DNA of 32,456 nt from a virus (taxonomy: Duplodnaviria > Caudoviricetes), in IMG/VR virus record IMGVR_UViG_3300006639_000017, positions 1 to 32,456 of that record. One strand, given 5' to 3'. The position numbers were made by a program, and so were the translations under genes. How positions within the stretch are numbered: the first letter of the stretch is position 1; every line of letters begins with the position of its first letter. Shown here piece after piece: positions 25,001 to 32,456 of this stretch. Below the pieces are notes generated by a model, which saw only the letters and a program-made list of their open reading frames with translations, did no database searches and was not told where the DNA came from.

Positions 25001-28000
25001 GGATCTTGTCGAGAAGAGCGTTCATGCCCTTCTCACCAACAAAACCTTCAAAGCCAACGTGACCGACAAGCTCGTGGGTGATGGTCTTTTCAAGGTCAAC
25101 CATATCCGTATGGTTTTCCCCAACAACAAACACCGTTCCGTCAGGCAGAACACCCCCGCGTACGGTGTCGATGTCCACACCCTGCGCTTCGATCCCGTCC
25201 AGTATGGCCTTGGGCAGCGCTGCCTTAGTTGCAAAGTATTGGAACTTAACGCCTTCCGGAGCTTTCAGCTTATCGGCGCGAGCTTGTGCATCAGCGAGGT
25301 TAATGCCGCCGCCTTTCTCACCGACGCGGAACTCAATCGGATTGCTGAAATCAATATCGCCTTCAACGTCGAATTCGGCTTTGTCGATACGCGCCGCTTC
25401 GTTCTCTTCCCGGCGTGCGTTTTGCACAGCGGCGATAGCTTTTGCTGACCCACGAAGTGCTTTAGCCTTTGTTGTGCGCTCTGCTGCTTCTTTCTTTTCT
25501 GGAGAAGTCGCGGCGCGTAGCGCGGGTGGTGTGCTTCCCTTCGACTCATAGCCTTGCATCGCCATACGCGAAACACGGCGGTCAACGTCCGACACGCGTT
25601 TGCCGGGGGTACCGGGCAAAACAACACGCTCACGAGCTTCTTCAACAAGCCGCTTTTTCTTTTCGGCAGGCGTTTCAAAGTAGTCTGAAACTTTTGAAGA
25701 AGTAACGCTAGGCCGGTCAATAACTTTCTTGCGCTGATAAAGCGTGTCGTAAGCGCCGTCTATGTCGAGAACGCCCTGTCCTGCTTTAGCGGTTTCCGAA
25801 GCTTTGTCAGTAGGAAGGATTACCTCGTTAACAACAATCGTCTGGCGCACAACGGGTACGCCAATCTTCTGCGCATCAAAAATTGCCTGCTGCTCTTTAA
25901 GGTTGGCTTCGTTAATGCTGCGCTCTTGGTTGCTACTGAGCTTTTGCAAATCGGCAATAAGCTGCGCCTTGGCTGCGGCAGCTTGTTTTGCAGCCCGTTC
26001 AGCCAGCCTAGTATCTACATCAACTGCGTTGAGCTTTGTGATTAAGTCGTCTTGCGCAACCGACAAAGCCTCTAAGCCCTGCGTTGCTTTGATAAGCGGG
26101 CGCATTACCGCCGCTTTGTGCATCTCGTACGACTGCATTACGCCGTCAGTAAAATTCTCAAGGCGCGTGCGCCCCTGCGTAACGTACTGTTGAAACGCGT
26201 TGAACTCATCAAGCGAAACGATGTTTGTAGAGATAGCCTCGTCTATTCTTGACGGCAGCGCTGCCTGAAGCGTAAGGAAGTCGTCCGCAATAGCCTTGCT
26301 CATGCGGTCAACAGCAACAGCACGGTCAGTCAACAGCTTCGACACCGACTTCATTCTGGCGCGCAAAGCATTTTGTTGGGATGAGCGCCGTCCTTGCGCT
26401 TGCTCTTCAGTTTCCTGAAGCTCCGCAGGGAACTGCTCTTTTACGGCTTGTACAATTTTGCCTTCGCTTTCAACCAACGCATTCGTCGTTCGTTCTACTT
26501 CTCTGTAGTGATCGACAAGCCGCTGCCGGTTGTACGCAAAGTTCGCAAAGTACACCTGCATATCAGCGTTAAACTGGCGCGCATCAAAAGCAGCAACAGT
26601 CACGCGCAGCTTGTTGGCTAGTGCCTCTGCTTGAGGAAGGCTGTTCAACTGCTGAATCAGCTTATTGCGCTTAGTTCTGTTTGCCGCCGAAAGCGGTTTA
26701 GTACGTGCGGCTTCGCGCTTGCTAACTGTCTCTTCAATCCTCTTTGCAAGCTCAAGCAAATTTTTGTACTTGTAACCAGCAATAACCGTTTTTGGAATCG
26801 CGAGGTCTTCAAGCGGCGTTTGTTTTTTGTGCGCAGCGCGCAGCTTAGCCGCTACCGAAAGCAAAAACTTATCTGCGTCGAACTCGCTCTTTAGCTCCGC
26901 CAGCCTGCCCTGCAACTTAACCGCGCGGGTATAGAGAGAATCTCTAGCAGCAGCAAGTTGTTCATTTGCTGATTTCCTAAACTCGGCGTCCATGTTTTTA
27001 GCGCCGGTCTTAAGCTCTTCTAACTGTTCGGTAAGGATGTTGAGCTTAGTAGCGTTAGCGTCGATCAAACGCTGCAACCGCCGCTTAAGTGTCTCCGCAC
27101 GCTTTTCTGCTTTAGTCTGAATAACCGTTGGGCGCAAGACTGTCTTTGGCCCGATGTCGCTATCGCTAGGAGCTTGCTCAAGGCGCACGTTGCTGGTACT
27201 GGGCGTTGTGTAGGAAAACTTCAACGCTTCCTGAGCTTTGGCGCTTGCGTCTGCAAGCTGATTAGCATACGTAAGCTGCGCAACGTAAGGCGTGTTCTCG
27301 CTGGAGACAAGAGCATTATTAAGCGCGATCTTGACGTTAAGCTCGTTTATTTTTCCTTCGACGCTAGCAATCCTGTTAAGGATAGCCTCACGTTTATTCT
27401 TGTAACCCTGCGTCGCCGCTTCTTCAGCACCTAAATCCTCAAGCATCTGCTTAGCGGACTCAACGTCGCCCGGAAGTTCAAAATTCCAGTCGCTGTTAAT
27501 AGCTTTAAGTAGCTTAGCCCTGTCGCTTTCTTGTTTGCTGTTTAGCGTGTCGAGAGACTGCTGATGCACTTCCTGCTCGCGCTTGAGCACCTCGATTTCT
27601 TTTTCAAACTTCTCGTTTTCCTTGATTAAGGGAGCCGCTTCTTTCTTCACGCGGTCCCGCTCAACGTCAAGCTGCTCCTTAGTGCTAGGAATAAGCTCAG
27701 AGAACATATCGCGCGTAGCGGTATCAGGCTCTTTGCCAGCCTCGGCTTCCTGCTTTTCTTGCTCTTCAGCCGCGCGCCTACGCTCTTCCATGCGCGCAAC
27801 CTCTGCCTTGGTCTGGCCTTTAAGCTCAAACTCAGGTTCAACGCGCTGGAACCGCTGCTTATATTCCTCGTTGGCAGCAGCAATCCTCTCTGCTACAGAC
27901 GGGCCTGTAGTGGTCGCCACAGCCTGTGCTTTCTTAGGCAGTCTGAGGATCTTGCGCTCTTTACCGACAACGCCTTCAACGCCTTCCATTGCCTTCGTTT

Positions 28001-31000
28001 CGGCTTCGATTGTTGCTTTTTGCAACTGCTCGGCGTAGACAGCAATTTGTTTAGCGTAAGGGCGGTACTCTTCAAAAGCCTTCTCCAGCGCGGCATCACG
28101 CTGCGTGTCACCACGAAACTTGGACGTAAGCTTTTTGTTTTTTGTCTCAACCAAAGAACGGATTCGGTCGCCGAGCGGTCCTTTGGCGTTGAACAAACTC
28201 TCAATAAACGCCGCCTGCATAGAAGAATCCAGATCGGCAAAGCGAACTGCTGGATCTTCCATTTCTGTTTGCAGCGCAAGATCGCCTTTGCCGGTCCTTG
28301 CCAGCGGACGCTCAGAAAGCGGACGGTCTTCTTTTAGGTCGCCTTTGTTGTATATGGTGGACGGCGTAGCTACAGCGCGTGTGGTCAACTCGTCAATGAC
28401 ACGAATGACCGGACGCAGGACTGCGTACTTAGACGCTGCTGGGAGAGGCTTACCGCCTTCTTGTACTCGCTGAAGGCTAAGCTCGCGGTACAACGTGTCG
28501 ATGTAATCTTTGCCAAGCTTCTTGAGCAGATCCGATTTCTCTTTAAGCTCTCTGCGCCTAGCGTTGTTGATATCGGTGCGCCGCTTTTTCTCGGCAGCAC
28601 TCATTGTTTTGCTAATAGGCAACCGACGGAACAAGTCGCTAGTACGCACTTCCCACGCAGCGCGAACAATGTCGTCAAAAATTTGCTCACGCTTTAGGTA
28701 CAGGTCGTTCTCTGTACCTTTGTACTCCGCGCGCGTTTGTTCAGCCGGTTTAGCCTGCGCAGCTTCTGCTTTCTTCTTACCGGCGGTGGTGAACTTTTCA
28801 AGCTCAGGCTGGGCAAGCGCGTCTTGCAAGACGGCAATTCTGTCGTTTACGCTTTGAAGTCGCTGTTCGGCTACAGCGCGTTGCTCTGGGGAAAGCTTAA
28901 GCCCTTCCGCCTCTGTACGTTCTCCACGTGGGCGAAGCGCACTAATGGTAGACAGTGACTTCTCAAGCTCACGCCTTTCCTGCTCAAGCCCAGCGATCTT
29001 GCTTTCTGCCGCCTCAACACCAAGACCGGCAGTAATAGGACGGGCTTCCGGGTTTCTGTATTTAGCAAGGTTTTCGCGGGACAGGTTTTGCTGGGTACTG
29101 GCAACTTCAACGGCACTAGCCAACCGGTTAAGCGCGGCGGAGATCGCAGCTTGCTCACCAGTTTGTTGCTCGGGGGCGGGCGCAAGCAGCCCAGCAATCT
29201 TATCGACAGTAGTATCGACAGCCCGCGCGTCAGACACAGCCTTTTCAGACCGCATACGAAGATCGCGCAGCACGTTAAGCTGAGCGTTCTTCTCCATGAG
29301 CGCGCGCCCATAGTCGTTTAGATACCCGTTTTCGTCAGCGACATCTTTTGCGTTCTTAGCCGCTTTATCCAGTTCGGTTTGTAGCTGCTCAATTCTGGAG
29401 GTTGCTTTCTCAAGCAAGCGCCTAGCTGCCTCCGGGTCATTGAGGTCAGAGTCCACACCGCGCAGATTAAGACCAAGCTTGGACGAGAGATCGCTCGAAA
29501 CTACGTTACGGTCAAGGTTTTCCTTAACCTGCTGACGATATGCTTCAGCCTTATCGCGCTCTTCTTTCTCCAACCTGCGGGCTTCGGCCAGTGCCGCGCC
29601 TTTATCTTCTTGCGCTTTAGCACGGGCAACGGCAAGCCGTTCGTTAATCCGCGCTTCCGGATCGGGCAAAAGAAGTTTGAGCGGATTATCCAGCGCTGCC
29701 TCAACCACATCCGCAGAACGCGACGCAGCCGCAAACTGATCGCGCTGTTGCTTACGCTGCTCGGCCTCTTGGAACAAACGCTCTTGATCGCGCTGTTTAC
29801 GCGCAAACTCATCCGAAAGAGTTAGCTGTTCTTGCTGAGCGTTGCTTACGCCAGTAGACGCAGCTTGCGCTTCGCGCAGTGCATTTTCTACCGTACTTAA
29901 AGAAGCGCCCGGCTTGGTAGCCCGCGCAAGTGCGGATTGAAGATTGCCAGCGGCAGTAGCTCCGCGATCCAACGGGATAGCTTCGCCAAACAAACCCATG
30001 GTCTGCCCTGCGGGTACAACTTCTTCTTCAGCAAACAAGCTGCCTTGGGGAGCAGCGCCCATCTGAGAACCAATACGCTCAGCGTCCGCAAGCGCACTTT
30101 CCATTTGCTGCTGGCGGCGAATGTTTTGCTGCAAAAGCTCCAGTTTCTGCGCTTCCGGCAAATTCTGTCGGCCAATAGCTACTCGCTGCTGCTTAAGCGT
30201 TTCGATCTCGTTCATCAAAACCCGGCGTTCGCGGTCTATAGCAGCGAAGTCTTGCGGAGCCTGAGCGCCTTCCGGACGAGCCGCAGCCTGTGCTTCGCCT
30301 TGTCTAACAATGTCTTGCAGACGAGCAACTTCATCCCAGTTACCGTCGCGCTGTGCTTGAACCATTGCAGAACGCGCAGCGTTAATCTGCTGCGGGCTAA
30401 CCTGTAGCGCGCTAGCAGCGCCAAACATATCCGGCTGAGCGGACGCCCTGCCCATCGGAGACTCAATCGGCATGAACTTAGCCGCAGCCTCCATGCCTGC
30501 TGCTCGCTCTTCTGCGGCATCTTTTTCTTGTTGAACTAGCTTAGCCTGCGCCCGCTCAGCGGTGCGCTGTTCGATCTGTTTTTGCTCGACTTGTTCTTGC
30601 GCACCACTTCTTTGAGAGTAGCGACCAGCGGCACCAAGCGGGGCAAGAAGCGACGCACCATACGCATTCTCAGCGTACTCTTTCATGGCGTCGTCAGTAG
30701 TAAGCGGCAACCCGGCTTGCAGCCGCTCAATCATTGCCTGCCCGACTTCAGTCGGAACTTCAGCAAGTACGCTAGTCCCAGCGCCCTTAGCCAACGTGGT
30801 GCGCAGCCGCTCTTCAGCCAGCTTGACGACCTGTGCTTCGCTGCGTCTGACCAGTTGCTGTTCGGGGACGCCAAGAATCTTAGCGATCATCCCACGCCCA
30901 AGCGGGATAGCCTGCGCAGCTACATCAAGCGCAGCCGCAGGAGCGGCAGCAGCAAACGCCTTACCGGCAGAAACATCGACAGGAGCGCCACGTTCCTGCT

Positions 31001-31517
31001 GCTCTCGGGCTTGTCGTTCTGCAAACGTACCACCCATTTCGAGCATGGACGGCGCAAACGCACCAAGCGCACCGCCAACCACCGCGCCTGCCGGTCCAAA
31101 CGGAGAACCAGCCATAGCGCCAAGTCGAGCGCCAGCGGCGGTAGCACCAATACGAGGAAGCTGTTCAGCAATAGCAAGCGGGATTTGTCGCCCAACTTCC
31201 CCGGCAGCGCCAAGCACGCCTCGTTGTTCATAAGCCTGCTTAAGCAGGTCAAGACCAGTCTGATTAGCGAAACGCTGGTTAATGTCTTTCTGTCGTTCCA
31301 ACCCAGCAAGCGCGGCTTGATTGGCATCCGTAAACAACCCAAACCCGGTACGCGTACCGGAGGCAAGCTGCTCGATGCCTTTACCTGCCGCAGCTAAATA
31401 CCCAGTCTTGGGTTTGTTTTGAAGAGCGTAAGCCTGCGCCCATTGCCACGCCGTACGTGAATCCGGCGCTTCTACTTCGTAAGTCTTACCGCCAAAATCA
31501 ACGTCGTACTTAGGCAT
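22074..31517 (-). CDS. Giant internal virion/ejection polyvalent protein with HExxxH peptidase-like segment and C-terminal LPD38-like domain
   Basis: 3147 aa; Gly/Ala-rich hydrophobic N-terminus, long coiled coils, THELVGHVG (~25059-25076), C-terminal NWFVRLPG..LRVPIPFEIG..FKALPE..KPALEVALNKSIFTGQPIV..SPKQVDHLVNGYF. Confidence 0.85.
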   Translation of the reverse strand: MPKYDVDFGGKTYEVEAPDSRTAWQWAQAYALQNKPKTGYLAAAGKGIEQLASGTRTGFGLFTDANQAALAGLERQKDINQRFANQTGLDLLKQAYEQRGVLGAAGEVGRQIPLAIAEQLPRIGATAAGARLGAMAGSPFGPAGAVVGGALGAFAPSMLEMGGTFAERQAREQQERGAPVDVSAGKAFAAAAPAAALDVAAQAIPLGRGMIAKILGVPEQQLVRRSEAQVVKLAEERLRTTLAKGAGTSVLAEVPTEVGQAMIERLQAGLPLTTDDAMKEYAENAYGASLLAPLGAAGRYSQRSGAQEQVEQKQIEQRTAERAQAKLVQQEKDAAEERAAGMEAAAKFMPIESPMGRASAQPDMFGAASALQVSPQQINAARSAMVQAQRDGNWDEVARLQDIVRQGEAQAAARPEGAQAPQDFAAIDRERRVLMNEIETLKQQRVAIGRQNLPEAQKLELLQQNIRRQQQMESALADAERIGSQMGAAPQGSLFAEEEVVPAGQTMGLFGEAIPLDRGATAAGNLQSALARATKPGASLSTVENALREAQAASTGVSNAQQEQLTLSDEFARKQRDQERLFQEAEQRKQQRDQFAAASRSADVVEAALDNPLKLLLPDPEARINERLAVARAKAQEDKGAALAEARRLEKEERDKAEAYRQQVKENLDRNVVSSDLSSKLGLNLRGVDSDLNDPEAARRLLEKATSRIEQLQTELDKAAKNAKDVADENGYLNDYGRALMEKNAQLNVLRDLRMRSEKAVSDARAVDTTVDKIAGLLAPAPEQQTGEQAAISAALNRLASAVEVASTQQNLSRENLAKYRNPEARPITAGLGVEAAESKIAGLEQERRELEKSLSTISALRPRGERTEAEGLKLSPEQRAVAEQRLQSVNDRIAVLQDALAQPELEKFTTAGKKKAEAAQAKPAEQTRAEYKGTENDLYLKREQIFDDIVRAAWEVRTSDLFRRLPISKTMSAAEKKRRTDINNARRRELKEKSDLLKKLGKDYIDTLYRELSLQRVQEGGKPLPAASKYAVLRPVIRVIDELTTRAVATPSTIYNKGDLKEDRPLSERPLARTGKGDLALQTEMEDPAVRFADLDSSMQAAFIESLFNAKGPLGDRIRSLVETKNKKLTSKFRGDTQRDAALEKAFEEYRPYAKQIAVYAEQLQKATIEAETKAMEGVEGVVGKERKILRLPKKAQAVATTTGPSVAERIAAANEEYKQRFQRVEPEFELKGQTKAEVARMEERRRAAEEQEKQEAEAGKEPDTATRDMFSELIPSTKEQLDVERDRVKKEAAPLIKENEKFEKEIEVLKREQEVHQQSLDTLNSKQESDRAKLLKAINSDWNFELPGDVESAKQMLEDLGAEEAATQGYKNKREAILNRIASVEGKINELNVKIALNNALVSSENTPYVAQLTYANQLADASAKAQEALKFSYTTPSTSNVRLEQAPSDSDIGPKTVLRPTVIQTKAEKRAETLKRRLQRLIDANATKLNILTEQLEELKTGAKNMDAEFRKSANEQLAAARDSLYTRAVKLQGRLAELKSEFDADKFLLSVAAKLRAAHKKQTPLEDLAIPKTVIAGYKYKNLLELAKRIEETVSKREAARTKPLSAANRTKRNKLIQQLNSLPQAEALANKLRVTVAAFDARQFNADMQVYFANFAYNRQRLVDHYREVERTTNALVESEGKIVQAVKEQFPAELQETEEQAQGRRSSQQNALRARMKSVSKLLTDRAVAVDRMSKAIADDFLTLQAALPSRIDEAISTNIVSLDEFNAFQQYVTQGRTRLENFTDGVMQSYEMHKAAVMRPLIKATQGLEALSVAQDDLITKLNAVDVDTRLAERAAKQAAAAKAQLIADLQKLSSNQERSINEANLKEQQAIFDAQKIGVPVVRQTIVVNEVILPTDKASETAKAGQGVLDIDGAYDTLYQRKKVIDRPSVTSSKVSDYFETPAEKKKRLVEEARERVVLPGTPGKRVSDVDRRVSRMAMQGYESKGSTPPALRAATSPEKKEAAERTTKAKALRGSAKAIAAVQNARREENEAARIDKAEFDVEGDIDFSNPIEFRVGEKGGGINLADAQARADKLKAPEGVKFQYFATKAALPKAILDGIEAQGVDIDTVRGGVLPDGTVFVVGENHTDMVDLEKTITHELVGHVGFEGFVGEKGMNALLDKIPDVRNMAEKLGIPQAGISQTDKRAGDLQLLKEIVAYTEEARVDAGLMQKAGTFIKEMVGALRVALKKMGLVDASKMTTSDLYYLMRQSRANFNEGKPLAARDSDGAISFRLGQGARYASDVPAILTAKDSTLVSQKKRGWERVKANVRGLEFRTQFIDRAAVHEEIARRGLAEGLLDPVKAMDLTFFIRMHDQRNSFVAESATNGTLQLVKNDKGEVIVESKRGASLKQVSEALSKAKVGNPEATNILFTKYLLAERALGKDGVGIDKLNYSKDFDPTELKAALEFGRGNEAFQTARGIYREYNNGLIDFAVQTGAISKQVAAAYTKGDYVPYYRVGKDGIVGLYIGGETPIRIGSIKEQPDLQSLVGGDEAVLDFFTSSLQNTAMLTDLSLRNLATRNVAFTLKDLGIAVRVGSGVKGKDIISAKVDGEEQSWRVDTAAMEELFGDIPPELVVKGMEGIVTTFPAGLRLLGIPSNILRKFVTRDPRYAVRQVVRDSLTGLFTSGADYKPVVSALGEMSKIASGKSTSANVLQSRGVIGGQVISGMPDDMQKIMQQIASGKKGWSYAMAKLDSVAMAGDAATRVNMYNSFLKQGLSEREATLATLESMNFSKRGVSPSMYMLNTLIPFFNAQIVGLDVLYKALTGKATMQEKLRVKQKLITRGFVMAGMTIAYAGMMGDDEAYENATPQQRYGNWFVRLPGIAEPLRVPIPFEIGFAFKALPEALYHMSKDDPKSKQAVAGLKSLAANSVPGLSSYYLPQAIKPALEVALNKSIFTGQPIVSDKLARMTPEMQFDERTSSLAKFLGETVGVSPKQVDHLVNGYFATLGISLLRLPDFVFGGTAVPQPTARVSDYPIIGGLFQPKDAGGILQLAFQEAKANEQAMATFKALAEADPARARAFLTQYVGQIAIASMAGSLRQNIGEINAAEAAVRAAPNMSSEQKRETLDRLRQIELALARQTVAVNRQVESRFAAQ

Positions 31518-32456
31518 TACTTACCCTTTTCGCGTACTGCACCCGGAGGAGCGTTACCACCAACAGCGCTCAACAGCGCAGCAGGTCCGGTTTCTGGTCT
31601 CTTAATGCCCATAACGAGCGCGTACGCTTTTTCTTTCGACATTCCGCCAGCAACAGCTTCTCTATACACTTCCATTTCTATAGAAGTACGCTCTCCACGT
31701 GCTGCTGCCGCTGCTGCCGCAATTCTAGCCGATTGCAGTCTAGCCGCAATCTCATCACGGCTGATTTGCAGCGCCTGCGCCAGTTTTCTAAGTTCAAGTT
31801 CAGCCTGAACACCGGCTTGACCCCGCGCAATGTCGGATTGCGTTTGTACTCTAAGTCCTTCCATGCCCAGATTGGCCTGCTGTTCCTGCCTACGGGCTGT
31901 CATCTCGTCTAGCCTGAACTGAGCATCATTGCGGTTTTTCGTCGCGGATTCTAGCTGCGCGATGCCAGTCTTTACGTGCCCAGCTTTAATCTCATTCTGC
32001 GCGATCTTGATAGCCTGCAGTGCCTCGTCGCGCTTATCTTTCTGCGCTTCAAATTCTTTATCGCTGGCAAGCTTTCGCTCAACGCCTCGATAAAGCCCTG
32101 CGCTAATAGCTTGGGCCGCACGCCTTGGATCGCCAGCTATTTGCGCGCCGATCTGGATCATGTTGAAAGCGTCGGCTCTGTTTCGCTCATCGCCTGCGGC
32201 AGCTTGTTTGCCCCTAAGTGCAGCTTCGCGTTCTGCGTAAGGGTTTTCCTCAACGCCAAACTGTTTAAGAAGCTCTTTGTTCTGGGCAATGTATTCAGCC
32301 GCAGTTTTTGGCTTTTCGTACGGATTTGTGGCCGTTAAAGCCCCAAGGTCCGGGACGTTACCCACCGGACGGAAATACTTATCCACATTAACAGGCGCAG
32401 CAGGAGCAGCCGCTGCTGGTGCAGACGCAGCAGCCCGACCACCACCCCCACCACCC
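31517..32456 (-). CDS. Putative internal virion protein, 5'-truncated by window edge
   Basis: Frame stays open from 32386 to the window end (GGGGGRAAASAPAAAAPAAPVNVDKY...); Ala/Gln-rich helical; TAATG coupling to the giant gene. Confidence 0.75.
   Translation of the reverse strand, partial: GGGGGGRAAASAPAAAAPAAPVNVDKYFRPVGNVPDLGALTATNPYEKPKTAAEYIAQNKELLKQFGVEENPYAEREAALRGKQAAAGDERNRADAFNMIQIGAQIAGDPRRAAQAISAGLYRGVERKLASDKEFEAQKDKRDEALQAIKIAQNEIKAGHVKTGIAQLESATKNRNDAQFRLDEMTARRQEQQANLGMEGLRVQTQSDIARGQAGVQAELELRKLAQALQISRDEIAARLQSARIAAAAAAARGERTSIEMEVYREAVAGGMSKEKAYALVMGIKRPETGPAALLSAVGGNAPPGAVREKGK

Noticed and set aside
1-32456. tRNA, rRNA, integrase, terminase or capsid genes
   Set aside because: None recognised in this window; the structural and packaging genes presumably lie beyond the right edge.

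Overview
A 32.5-kb segment of a tailed dsDNA bacteriophage genome, probably podovirus-like. The + strand (about 225-21813) carries small early genes; an AAA ATPase / HExxH-vWA (DUF2201-like) / DUF3150-like module; VRR-NUC; an RlpA-like lytic transglycosylase; several HTH proteins; and a replication block (family A DNA polymerase, PD-(D/E)XK exonuclease, SNF2 helicase, putative SSB, primase-helicase), followed by an HNH endonuclease. The - strand carries the convergent virion module: a 3147-aa LPD38-type polyvalent protein and a truncated upstream gene. The standout is an AT-richer cassette at about 9158-10656. It holds a stand-alone RAMP/Cas7-like gene, a partner ORF, and a non-coding array of four units. 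Each unit is a tract of 12-16 in-phase pentamers (conserved GHA + variable NN) closed by a double hairpin. This looks like a compact phage RNA-guided system with an interleaved guide code rather than a CRISPR array. Also notable: a 22-bp palindrome present three times in the early region, twice inside ORFs and once next to a sigma70-like promoter. All protein calls come from motif recognition by eye; no database searches were run.
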